64,000 nt of DNA, from the NCBI GenBank assembly GCA_051313645.2, contig JBNRSN020000002.1, positions 304,544,001 to 304,608,000 of the forward strand, in the 5' to 3' direction. This stretch comes from Centroscyllium fabricii. Taxonomy: Eukaryota. The notes beneath the pieces were generated by a model. That model was not told where the DNA came from. It did no database searches and worked only from the letters and a program-made list of their open reading frames with translations. Shown piece after piece: positions 54,275-64,000 of this stretch. The number at the start of each line of letters is the position of its first letter. The stretch's first letter is position 1. A program made the position numbers and the translations under genes.

Positions 54275-56435
54275 ATTTCCCACTGTCTGATATTGTTAAC
54301 GGTTTTCTCTCCTCAGGTACTGTCCCCCTCTCCTTCAAATCCGCCGTCATCACCCCATTCCTCAAAAAAACAACACTTGGCCCCTCCGTCCTTGCAAACT
54401 ACTGCCCATCTCTAACCTACCTTTCCTCTAAAAAGTCCTTGAACTTGTTGTCACATTCCAAATCTGTGATCATCTTTCCCGGGACGGCACGTTTGAATCG
54501 CTCCAATCAGGTCTCCGCCCTTGCCACAGAACCAAAACGGCTCTTATCAAAGTCGCAAATGACATCCTTTGTGACTGTGACAAAGGTAAACTATCCCTCC
54601 TCGTCCTTCTTGAATTATCTGCAGCCTTTGACACGGTTGACCGAATCATCCTCCCCCAACACCACTCCACTGTCGTCCAGCTGGGCTGCACTCGCCTGAT
54701 TCCATTCTTATCTATCTAATCGTAGCCAGAGAATTACCTGCAATGGCTTCTCTTCCTGATCCCACATCTTTACCTCTGGTGTCCTTGGCCCCCTCCTATT
54801 TTTCATCTACATGCTGCCCCTTGGCGACATCATCCGAAAACACAGGCAGAATTTTTACCTTGGAGTCGGATGCATGCAGGCTGCGTAGCGGGTCGGTAAT
54901 GCGATATTTTGCTCAGCACATTCCTCAGGGTGACTTTAATTTAATGGCCTATTCTGAGGACCAAAGTGAGACAGTATAAGCGGCACCCATGCTGATGTAG
55001 GAGATGTCAGGTAAAGCGGAGATCAGAGGGCCAATCCTTCAATGTTCTGATACCGAGTAACAATGTGGTGAGAGTGGTTCCTGAGGTTTCACAAATAACC
55101 TGTAAACTGCTGACACCTAAATCTGTGCCCAAATTCTAGTCAGCAAGAGCCTTTCCATGAGGCAAGTAATCAGGTGTAATGTTGGTCTATTTATGTGCTT
55201 GTCCCAGCTCTCAATGAATGGACTCGCCAATGGACACTGAGCTTCTGCCTTCCATTCACAGGTGAGGTACCTGAGCTATGTGAATCTGTGTTCCTGCAGT
55301 AAAAGTCAAAAGTTGTTGTTAAAAACCCTCTTAAGGGTCTCTCAACAAGTAGTTAATAACTTCAATGAGGTCGCCCGCCTCTACCGATCGGCTCCATATC
55401 GCTCCTTCAAAGCCGCCTGAGTTAAATGCGTGAGGCGACAGGATGACGGCAGGTTCCCGACGAGCTGGCAATTTCTGGGATTTTACTGCCGACCTGCCCC
55501 CAAACTTGTAGGCATGGCAACGATAAAACTCCGGCCACAGTGTCAGTTTCCACTACCGGGATGCAGCTCTACCTCACCACCAACTCTCTCAACCTCTCCA
55601 CTGTCTCTAAATTGTCAGACTGCTTGTCCGACATCCAGTACTGGATGACCAGAAATTTCCTCCAGCTAAATAATGTGAAGACTGAAGCCATTGTCGGTTC
55701 CTAACCACCAACTCCATTCCTCTCCTGGCAACTCTGAGGCTGAACCAGACTGATCGCAACCTTGATGGCATATTTGACACTGAATTGAGCTTCCAACCAC
55801 ATATCCATGCCATCACTAAGCCCACCTATTTCCACCTCTGTACCATCATCCATCTCCACCCCTGCCTTAGCTCATCTGCCTCATTCATGCCTTTGTTACC
55901 TCTAGACTGGACTATTCCAATGCTCTCCACACATTCCACCCTACGAAAACTCGAGGTTATCCAAAACTCGGCTGCCCGTGTCCTAACTTGCACCAAGTCC
56001 CGTTCACCCATCACCCCTGTGCTCGCTGATCTACATTGGCTCCCGCTTAAGCAACATCAGGATTTTAAAATTCTGATCCTTGTTTTCAAATCCCTTCATG
56101 GCCTTGCTCCTCCCTATCTCTGTAATCTCCTCTAGCCCCATAGCCCCCTGAGATATCTGCACTCCTCTATGTCTTGATTTTGAGCATCCCCGATTTTAAT
56201 CACTCCAGCATTGGTGGCCGTGCCTTCAGCTGCCAAGGTCTTATGATTTGGAATTCCCTCCATAAACCTTTCTACCTTTCTTTCCTCCTTTAAGACACTC
56301 CTTAAAAACTACCTCTTCTGCTCTAATATCTTCTATGTGACTTGGTGTCAAATTTTGTTTTATAACACTCCTGTGAATCGCCTTGGAATGCTTAACTATG
56401 TTAAAGGTGCTATATAAATGCAAATTGTTGTTGTT
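54275..56435 (+). mobile_element. 5'-truncated, decayed L2 LINE, split by a MITE insertion
   Basis: RT remnants include SDIVNGFLSSGTVPLSFKSAVITPFLKK, TKTALIKVANDILCDCDKGKLSLLVLLELSAAFDTVD and IQNSAARVLT...ITPVLADLHWLP. The 3' end reads AAAGGTGCTATATAAATGCAAA followed by TTG repeats. Confidence 0.9.
54845..55536. mobile_element. Non-autonomous DNA element (Harbinger-like MITE) inserted in the L2
   Basis: Interrupts the L2 codons for IIRKH|SVSFH, with a 3-bp duplication (ACA at 54842-54844 and 55537-55539) and imperfect TIRs (GGCAGAATTTTTA / TAAAACTCCGGCC). Confidence 0.75.
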
Positions 56436-57305
56436 ATCGATTGATAAAATATGTACACTTTGGCGATTTTGGCAAAATTAGGGTTGAGCACACCTGTGGA
56501 GCAGACGCACTCATGGCCATTGTGCAGAGGCAAGCTGCACTGAATTTTGTAATATTGGCTTTGCTTCCTATTTTGCCTCAGCTCCCAGCCCATGGAAAAT
56601 CAGTCCAAGGAATCAGGCTTGCAACATGGCTGGCTGCCAATTACAAAATTGGGGCAGCCAGCTACATGTAAATGGAGTAGCCTAGACGTTCTACAGCAAC
56701 AATACAATCTGGGTGGGAGAGATTGGAGACAGAACCCACTTCTGCTCCTCCTGGCCACACAAAAATAAAGTTGTAAAATGTCTTTGTCCATTTTTGAACA
56801 GCCTTTAGCAATCCCATTCAGTACCATTGGTTAGGCCGCTCAAAGCCTAGTACAAATGGTTTGAGAGTGCAACTGAAAATTCTATACTTAAGCAGCCTCC
56901 TGGCGGAAACTGCTGCTTACCCATTTACAGACCTGCCTGAAGGTTGGCTCACATTTGGGCATCAATGGAGTGGCCGAGGTGCCCAACCCACAACAAATCT
57001 TCAACTGTCAGCCATCCATTTTTCAGGCATGTAATGGGTGGTCAGCAGTTGAAAACCGCTCCCCCAACCCCCTGCCTTACCACCCCCATGCAGTTTCTAT
57101 TCTAAATACTGTCATGAAAATCATTCCAGGAAGTAATGTTTGTCGATAGGAAGTGTACACCATTTGCAAAATTTTTAATGCATATATATATAGACATGGC
57201 TTGATTCCTCTCTCAAGCATGTAGGCTTGAAAACAATCCCACAAACCTCACAACATTCGTATTGATATAGGTGAGGACAGTGCAGCCTATATTGATATTC
57301 GGCAG

Positions 57306-57604
57306 TATGGTAACCGTTGTATATATTATTATTACAACCCTAATATTGTCACCAATATTATATGTATGTATAGCGGTCGGGTGCATGATGCAACTGTCCT
57401 GTATTGCGACACTGTCGCGGGGCCAGGACAGCCACACCTCTAACTCCTCCCCTCAGGTGAGTGCCTTATAGGTGGGGACTGACCGGCCCCCATTCATTCT
57501 GTACCTGATGTTCGATCGGAGCGTAGCTCCATTGTAAGCTAATAAAAGCCTTTAATTAAGGTAACTACGCATCTTAGTTTTATTAGACTATTGACGATAC
57601 GTCA
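57306..57604 (+). repeat. 5' LTR of Gypsy element D (related to element A)
   Basis: Homologous to 1426-1678. It starts TATGGTAACCG (probably TG>TA), ends GATACGTCA, has AATAAA at 57541, and lies 25 bp upstream of the gag ATG. Confidence 0.85.
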
Positions 57605-57629
57605 ATTTTATTAGCTTAGAAATTTTGAA

Positions 57630-59123
57630 ATGGAGAGCGGCGCTGTGAAACCCGAAAAGCTGGACATTAGTCCACAGGACCCAGCCGCCACCAACACCTT
57701 CGAACACTGGTTCGGTCTCCTGGAGGCCTACATGGATGTCGCCAAGGCTACAACCGAAGGGAACAAGCTACAGGTTCTCCGATCCAGGATCTCCAGCCGG
57801 GTATTCTCCTTCATCCGTTACACCAAAACGTACCCCGATGCGGTGGCTAAACTGAAGAAATGCTACGAGCGCCCGGTCCACTCAGTCTACGCCAGACATG
57901 TGCTCGCGACCAGACTACAACTACCGAGTGAGTCAAACGAGCAGTTCGAGCAGGCGCTCCAAGTCCTTGTCCGGGTCTGTGGTTGCCAACCACGGATGGC
58001 AGAAGAGGAGGCGAACCTCCTCGTCCGGGACGCCTATGTAACGGGACTCAGGTCCGCAGAGGCCCGCCAGCGGCTGCTGGAAAAAGACACTCTAACTCTG
58101 GAGGACGCGATCTCTATCGCCAACGCCGTTGAGGGCGCACGCTGCAAGCTGCAGGCGTACGGCGGCCCAAACCCACAGGCCTACGACGCGTGGGCAGTCC
58201 CACAACGGGTCGAGACCCCCACAATGGCAGCGGCAGCTGCGAAGACGCCGGCGGAGAAGAAATGCTACTTCTGCGGCCAGGGACTACACCCACGGGTGAG
58301 ATGCCCAGCGAAGACCGCGACCTGCGAGAGGTGCTCAAAGAAAGGATACTACGCCAAGGGCTGCAGATCAGCCCCGGCGTCCAGCTCCAGGTACAACAGC
58401 GCGGCCTGTGAAAGTTCCAACACCGGCCCTTGGCCTCAGGTAAGCTGCAACTGCAGCGCGACCCAGCGACGGTCCGGGGGTAGAGTACAAGCGCCCCCAT
58501 CTCCCACCCTGAGGCGGCAGAGGCCGGCTGCACCCACGGCACGCCAAACTCAGCCACGGCCGGCCATGCGCAACCCCCCAACGCCGGCATCCCGCCCAGC
58601 GCGGCTCGCTGCGTGCGAATCACGGGCACCGCCAACCCAGCCACCGCAGCCCTCTGTGTGCGAACCACGGGCACCGCCACTGCGTCTACAGTGGCCCGCC
58701 ACATGCGAACCATGGGCGCCGCCATCTTGTCTGCAGCGGCACGCCATGTGCGACCCCCCGGCGCCGCCATCTTGTCTTCAGCGACCAGCCATGTGCGACT
58801 CTCCGGCGCCGCCATTTTGTCCCCAGAGGCCGGCCATGTGCGAACCACGGGCGCCGCCATCTTGTGTACGGCCCCGAACAGCGGAGTGCTCCCACACACA
58901 CACACACAATTCGGCCTCAGCCATCCCGAAAGTCAATCAGGCTAGGCTGCACACCCTATCAAATTCCATGATGGGGATTAAAGTCAACGGCCACGCCACT
59001 AACTGCCTGTTCGATGCCGTAAGCAAAGAGAGCTTCATTCACCCCGATACAGCGCAGCGCTACGGACTGCAGATCCGGCCCACGCGCTACCAGGTCTCCC
59101 TTGCTTCACAGTCCCACACCGCG
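57630..59123 (+). pseudogene. gag: gag plus start of protease of element D, interrupted by element E
   Basis: Contains Gag (YARHVLATRLQ...VRDAYVTGLRS), zinc knuckles (CYFCGQGLHPRVRC and a degenerate CERCSKKGYYAKGC) and a degenerate protease site (VNGHATNCLFDAVSKESFIHP). The last residues of the listed ORF read into the inserted LTR. Confidence 0.9.
58563..58870 (+). repeat. In-frame 45-bp (15-aa) tandem repeat between the zinc knuckles and the protease
   Basis: Six to seven units of C(E/D)xxAPPxxxQxPAM, with GCCGCCAT(C/T)TTG at 58718, 58763, 58808 and 58853. Confidence 0.88.
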
Positions 59124-59696
59124 TGTCATGGGTGGACTGTCACTTTAAATCTCTAGGCTGCAGTTCATTATTGGATTATTACCTATTGTCATGTGTCACA
59201 TCTGATTGGTCTAAATTCTAGCATACTGGTTACTGGAGCTAAATATAAACCACCTGTTAGCCCTATGACTTTGTCGGAGTGTTATTTCTTATGTCGCTTG
59301 TTGAAGAGTTCTGTATTTCCTGTATCCTGTTATTCTGGTATTATATATTTGTGTTCGATTCCAATCGTTTTGGATTCCTGGTTCCTGTCGTGTTGGATTA
59401 CCTGTTACGCTGAACAAGGAGTGTCCTTTCCTGGACTGTGGATTATTGGGAGTACTTCTGCACCAGACTTTTGGGCCTTGCTTCTTCAACCACCAAGATT
59501 TGGGGTTTGGATATTTGAACTCCTGCTTACCGGCTCTCGGTATATTGGACTATTGCTTTCTTCGTTTTGCTATGTGTATTATGCTCTATGTGTTTTGATA
59601 TCTATATACACTGTTGTTATAATTAGGAATAAAGCACCTATTTACTATAGACTGTCTCCGGTGTTTTGCAATTGGGTTCAAAACCGAACCCTTACA
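59124..59696 (+). repeat. 5' LTR of element E
   Basis: TGTCA...TTACA ends, TATAAA at 59244, AATAAA at 59628, and an abrupt junction inside the element D protease. Confidence 0.88.
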
Positions 59697-59697
59697 G

Positions 59698-59708
59698 AAC
59701 ACTCCGAC
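59698..59708 (+). promoter_or_regulatory. Self-priming PBS (Tf1/sushi type)
   Basis: AACACTCCGAC is the exact reverse complement of GTCGGAGTGTT at 59273-59283, which lies about 25-30 nt downstream of the TATA box. Confidence 0.87.
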
Positions 59709-59713
59709 CTATC

Positions 59714-60670
59714 ATGAACCCAGCGGACACACCGGGACGTCTGGCACGCATGGAGGAGGTCCTAACACATCAGGGTCGGGCTTTTGGGGATATGTTCTCT
59801 AAAATAGAACGGCTAACATCCGACATGAGGGCGTTCGCAGTATCGAACCCAGCAGGGACTTCTTCCACACCGGAACCAGATTCAACAGCTGAATCAGTTT
59901 CCATGCCTCTACTACAGAGCTTCACACCCGAGCCCCGAGTTGGGGTACCAGAGCGTTATGCTGGTGAACCAGAACAGTGCGACCCATTCATTACGAACTG
60001 CTCTATTTTGTTTTCCTTACAACCGCGCACCTTTGCCAGCGAGAGGGCAAGAGTAGCGTTTATGATCAACCATCTCTCGGGGAGAGCTAGACTCTGGGGT
60101 ACTGCCGAGTGGGAGAGAGATACTCCGGCATGCAGTTCATTCAGAACATTTTCTGAGGAGTTAAGAAGGGTTTTTGGCAGGGTAGCCTTTGAGGTGGAAA
60201 CGGCTGAGGGCCTCATGAGTATGAACCAGGGAAATCAGACTGTGGTAGATTATGCCATTGACTTTCGGATTAAGGCTCGTCGGAGCAATTGGAACATGGC
60301 TGCCCAATGTGAGGTTTTCCTTCATGGATTGGCTGGGTACATCAGGGATGAGTTGGTATCACATAATCTCCCTTCCACCTTGGATGAGATCATCAGCCTG
60401 GTTACGAGGATCGATCTAAGGATCCAAGCACGGCAGCGTGAGAGAAGACTGGGAGAAACGGGTCATCATCCTGGTAAACGGGTTCAGGAGAGATTCGTGG
60501 CGCCCAGAGATTCGGCCACGTCAGGGGTTCCCGAACCCATGCAGTTGGGCCGCACAGGCATCTCGCCATTAGAGCGGAGTCGGCGCCGCAGGAAGGGTTT
60601 ATGCCTATACTGTGGTCAGGCCGGCCATTTTGTCGTAAGGTGTCCGGTAAAAGACCAGACTCACCAGTAG
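59714..60670 (+). CDS. gag: Gag of the sushi-like chromovirus
   Basis: Contains [46 protein letters not shown] and the knuckle [14 protein letters not shown]; no internal stop. Confidence 0.95.
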   Translation: MNPADTPGRLARMEEVLTHQGRAFGDMFSKIERLTSDMRAFAVSNPAGTSSTPEPDSTAESVSMPLLQSFTPEPRVGVPERYAGEPEQCDPFITNCSILFSLQPRTFASERARVAFMINHLSGRARLWGTAEWERDTPACSSFRTFSEELRRVFGRVAFEVETAEGLMSMNQGNQTVVDYAIDFRIKARRSNWNMAAQCEVFLHGLAGYIRDELVSHNLPSTLDEIISLVTRIDLRIQARQRERRLGETGHHPGKRVQERFVAPRDSATSGVPEPMQLGRTGISPLERSRRRRKGLCLYCGQAGHFVVRCPVKDQTHQ

Positions 60671-63600
60671 AGGGAGTCGTACTGGTGAGCCGAACTCCGA
60701 TTAGACTCTCTTCAAATTCACGGCCTTTGTGCCAGGCCCGACTTCTTCTGCCGTCAGGATCTCGGACGTTTGCCATATTCATCGACTCGGGGGCGGATGT
60801 TAATATTATTGATAAGGAGCTGGTTACACAGTTGGGGATCGACCGGTGTCCACTGCCGCAACCGGTCGCTGCCAACGCTCTTGATGGCCACCTTCTGGGA
60901 ACGGTGACTCATCAGACGTCGCCCATTCACTTATTGTTTTCAGGGAATCATCACGAAAGCATTCGGTTCCATATCCTGGATTCGCCTCAGCTTCCTCTTA
61001 TTCTGGGACACGCGTGGCTTCGTCGTCACAATCCCCACATTGACTGGAACACGGGAGCCATTTTGGGTTGGAGTCACTCCTGTCACCAAGTCTGTTTAAA
61101 ACAAGCCACTGGAAGCCGTCAGTCGGTCACACCTCTTCCCAGTTCTGATCTTTCTGCAGTTCCCACCGAGTATCACGATTTCAGGGAGGTGTTTAGTAAG
61201 GCTAGAGCCACTTCGCTACCTCCACATCGCCCATACGATTGTGCTATTGATTTGTTACCAGGCTCCTCTCCACCTAGGGGGCACCTGTATTCACTATCGG
61301 CACCTGAGAGGAAGGCCATGGAGACCTATATCGAGGACTCAATATCTGCTGGGATCATCCGTTCTTCCTCTTCACCAGCAGGGGCGGGATTCTTCTTCGT
61401 AGGTAAGAAGGACGGTTCGCTCCGGCCTTGTATCGATTATAGAGGACTTAATGAAATCACTATCAAGAATCGGTATCCTCTGCCTCTTATCTCATCAGCA
61501 TTTGAGTTAATTCAGGGAGCTACCATCTTTTCTAAGTTGGATCTTCGCAACGCGTACCATCTGGTCCGGATAAGGGAGGGCGATGAGTGGAAGACCGCTT
61601 TCAACACTCCGTCTGGCCATTACGAATATCTCGTTATGCCGTTCGGGTTAACCAACGCCCTGGCGGTATTTCAAGCCCTGGTCAACGACGTTCTTCGGGA
61701 CATGCTGAACATTTTTGTATTTCTGTATATGGACGATATCCTAATATTTTCCAAGACTCAGGAGGAGCATGTCCATCACGTACAGACGGTTTTACAAAGG
61801 CTCCTAGAAAACTCTTTATTTGTGAAGGCCGAGAAATGTGAATTTCATGTAGCCACCGTTTCATTCCTGGGTTATATCATTGCACAGGGGAGCGTGCGAA
61901 TGGACCCGGAGAAAGTGACAGCCGTTACGTCTTGGCCTAGTCCAGAGAATCGCAAGCAATTACAACGGTTCTTGGGTTTTGCTAACTTTTACCGGAGATT
62001 TATTCGGGGCTATAGCACGGTAGCGGCACCATTATCGGCGCTTACATCATCTAAGGTGCCATTCAGATGGTCTATCGCTGCTGAAGAGGCGTTTAAGGAA
62101 CTTAGGTCCCGCTTTACTTCGGCTCCCATTCTGCAGGTGCCTGATCCGGATCAACAGTTTGTCGTAGAGGTGGATGCATCGGATGTGGGAGTTGGAGCCA
62201 TCTTGTCGCAAAGGTCAGTTTCAGACCAGAAGATCCATCCATGTGCTTTCTTCTCCAAGCGTCTTTCACCGGCAGAGATGAATTACGATATCGGAGACAG
62301 AGAATTGCTGGCGGTCAAGATGGCCTTAGAGGAGTGGCGCCACTGGCTGGAGGGGACCAAGCTGCCATTTCTTGTTTGGACGGATCACAAGAATTTGGAA
62401 TATATACGTACGGCCAAAAGACTAAATTCACGTCAGGCTAGGTGGTCTCTTTTTTTTACGCGATTCCACTTCACTCTCTCCTACAGGCCTGGCTCCCGCA
62501 ACGTCAAGCCCGATGCTCTATCACGCCTATTTCTGAGGGAGGAGGGTTCCGCTCCAGGACCAGACCTCATTTTGCCAGCCTCCTGCCGTATTGCTGCGGT
62601 CACATGGGAGATCGAAGAGAGGGTAAGAGCAGCTGCGGGGGAGCAGGGCGGGCCCAGCGGTTGTCCTCCCGACCGTTTGTTTGTGCCGAAGAACATTCGA
62701 TCGGATGTCCTTCAGTGGGCTCATGCGTCCAAGCTGTCCTGCCATCCTGGGGCACTCAGGACCAAGGAGGTGATTTTGCGGAGGTTCTGGTGGGACACGC
62801 TAGAGGAGGATACTCGGAGGTTCGTCAATGCCTGTCCGATTTGTAACCAGCACAAGTCTTCTCGTCGGGCACCTGCTGGCCTGCTACAACCATTACCTAT
62901 ACCCCATCGGCCTTGGTCTCACATAGCCCTGGACTTTGTCACAGGACTACCCTCATCCAAGGGACTGACCACGGTGCTAACGGTGGTTGACAGGTTTAGC
63001 AAGATGGCACATTTTATACCCTTAACTAAGCTGCCCTCTGCTAAAGAAACTGCAGAGCTCATGTTGCAGCACGTGTTTCGGCTTCATGGGCTTCCGGTGG
63101 ATGTGGTTTCTGATCGAAGTCCCCAATTTACTTCTATATTTTGGAGAGAATTCTGCAGTCTCATCGGGGCCAAGGTCAGTCTGTCGTCGGGATTCCATCC
63201 TCAGTCCAATGGACAATCGGAGAGGATGAATCAGGAGATGGAGAAGGCACTTCGGTGCATGGTCTCCAAAAATCCCTCTTCCTGGTCCACATTACTATTA
63301 TGGGTGGAGTATGCGCACAACACGCTGACCAGTTCCGCTACAGGACTTTCGCCCTTTCAGTGCGCTTATGGGTTCCAGCCTCCATTGTTTCCGGATCTGG
63401 AGAAGGAGGTATCTTGTCCGTCCGTCCAAGACTTCATCCAACGATGCCACAGGACATGGGATCAGGCGCGGATGTCGCTGCTTCGCTCGGCGGATCGATA
63501 CTCGGCTTCGGCCAACCGTCGTCGTTCTACTGCTCCGGAGTATCGAGTCGGGCAGAAGGTTTGGCTCTCCACAAAAGATCTGCCTCTACAAGTGGAGTCC

Positions 63601-64000
63601 AAGAAACTCGCTCCAAGGTTTATCGGACCGTTCGTGGTAGAAAGGATCATTAACCCTGCTGCGGTACGACTCAAGCTCCCCAGTTCCATGCGGGTCCACC
63701 CGACTTTTCACGTGTCGCGCATCAAGCCTGCTCAGGAGAGTGCCTTAGTACCCGTTTCCGCACCCCCTCCACCTCCTCGTATGCTCGACGGTGGATTAGT
63801 GTACACGGTCCGTCGTTTGCTTGACTCCCGTCGCCGAGGGAGGGGACTTCAGTACCTAGTGGACTGGGAGGGGTATGGTCCTGAGGAGAGGTCCTGGGTC
63901 CCTGCTCGGAATATCATGGATCCCAAGCTCATTTCCGACTTTCGCAAACAACACCCTGGTCAACCGAGAAAGGGGAAGGCGATTCCTAGGAGATCTGGAC
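60646..64000 (+). CDS. pol: Pol polyprotein (PR-RT-RNase H-integrase-chromodomain), -1 frame relative to gag, 3'-incomplete
   Basis: A single frame carries FIDSGAD (about 60778), [15 protein letters not shown] (about 61726), [26 protein letters not shown]...[20 protein letters not shown] and [17 protein letters not shown] (about 63847). It is missing from the ORF track apparently because no stop occurs before the window ends. Confidence 0.94.

Larger units (their letters stand above)
59124..64000 (+). mobile_element. Sushi-like chromovirus (Ty3/Gypsy), element E, running off the end of the window
   Basis: 5' LTR, self-complementary PBS, gag, and a pol in the -1 frame with PR-RT-RH-INT-chromodomain. 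Confidence 0.96.

Noticed and set aside
1426-57604. LTRs at 1426-1678 and 57306-57604 as the two ends of one giant element enclosing the satellite
   Set aside because: The first follows an integrase and polypurine tract (a 3' LTR), while the second precedes gag (a 5' LTR). They are visibly diverged, differ in length and share no TSD.
59193-59717. 174-aa hydrophobic ORF as a possible env or accessory gene
   Set aside because: It lies almost entirely within the T-rich 5' LTR of element E, has no ATG start and shows no env features.

Overview
This is eukaryotic DNA, very probably from a cartilaginous fish (shark or ray), judged from HE1-type V-SINEs, a Deu-domain SINE and shark-type CR1, L2 and Penelope ends. 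No host gene can be supported. About 33.5 kb (7684-41166) is one uninterrupted 13-bp satellite (ATCCGTGGAAYAY, about 2,575 units) with kilobase-scale higher-order repeats; it explains all the repetitive ORFs in the track. Both flanks are dense with transposons. There are five Ty3/Gypsy LTR elements: two nested pairs, one of which includes an apparently intact sushi-like chromovirus with a self-priming PBS, and one complete decayed element with an ATATT target-site duplication (TSD). There is also a PIF/Harbinger DNA transposon with an intact transposase, plus LINE and SINE fragments and MITEs. The most notable observations are: (i) the single-ORF Harbinger carries a sense-strand minimal hammerhead ribozyme motif between its transposase stop codon and an AATAAA; (ii) one Gypsy family has a non-tRNA PBS that pairs over its own LTR poly(A) signal, with a covarying alternative hairpin; (iii) the satellite has a traceable internal architecture; (iv) the elements are strongly biased to one strand. 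All family assignments come from motif recognition by eye, not from database searches.
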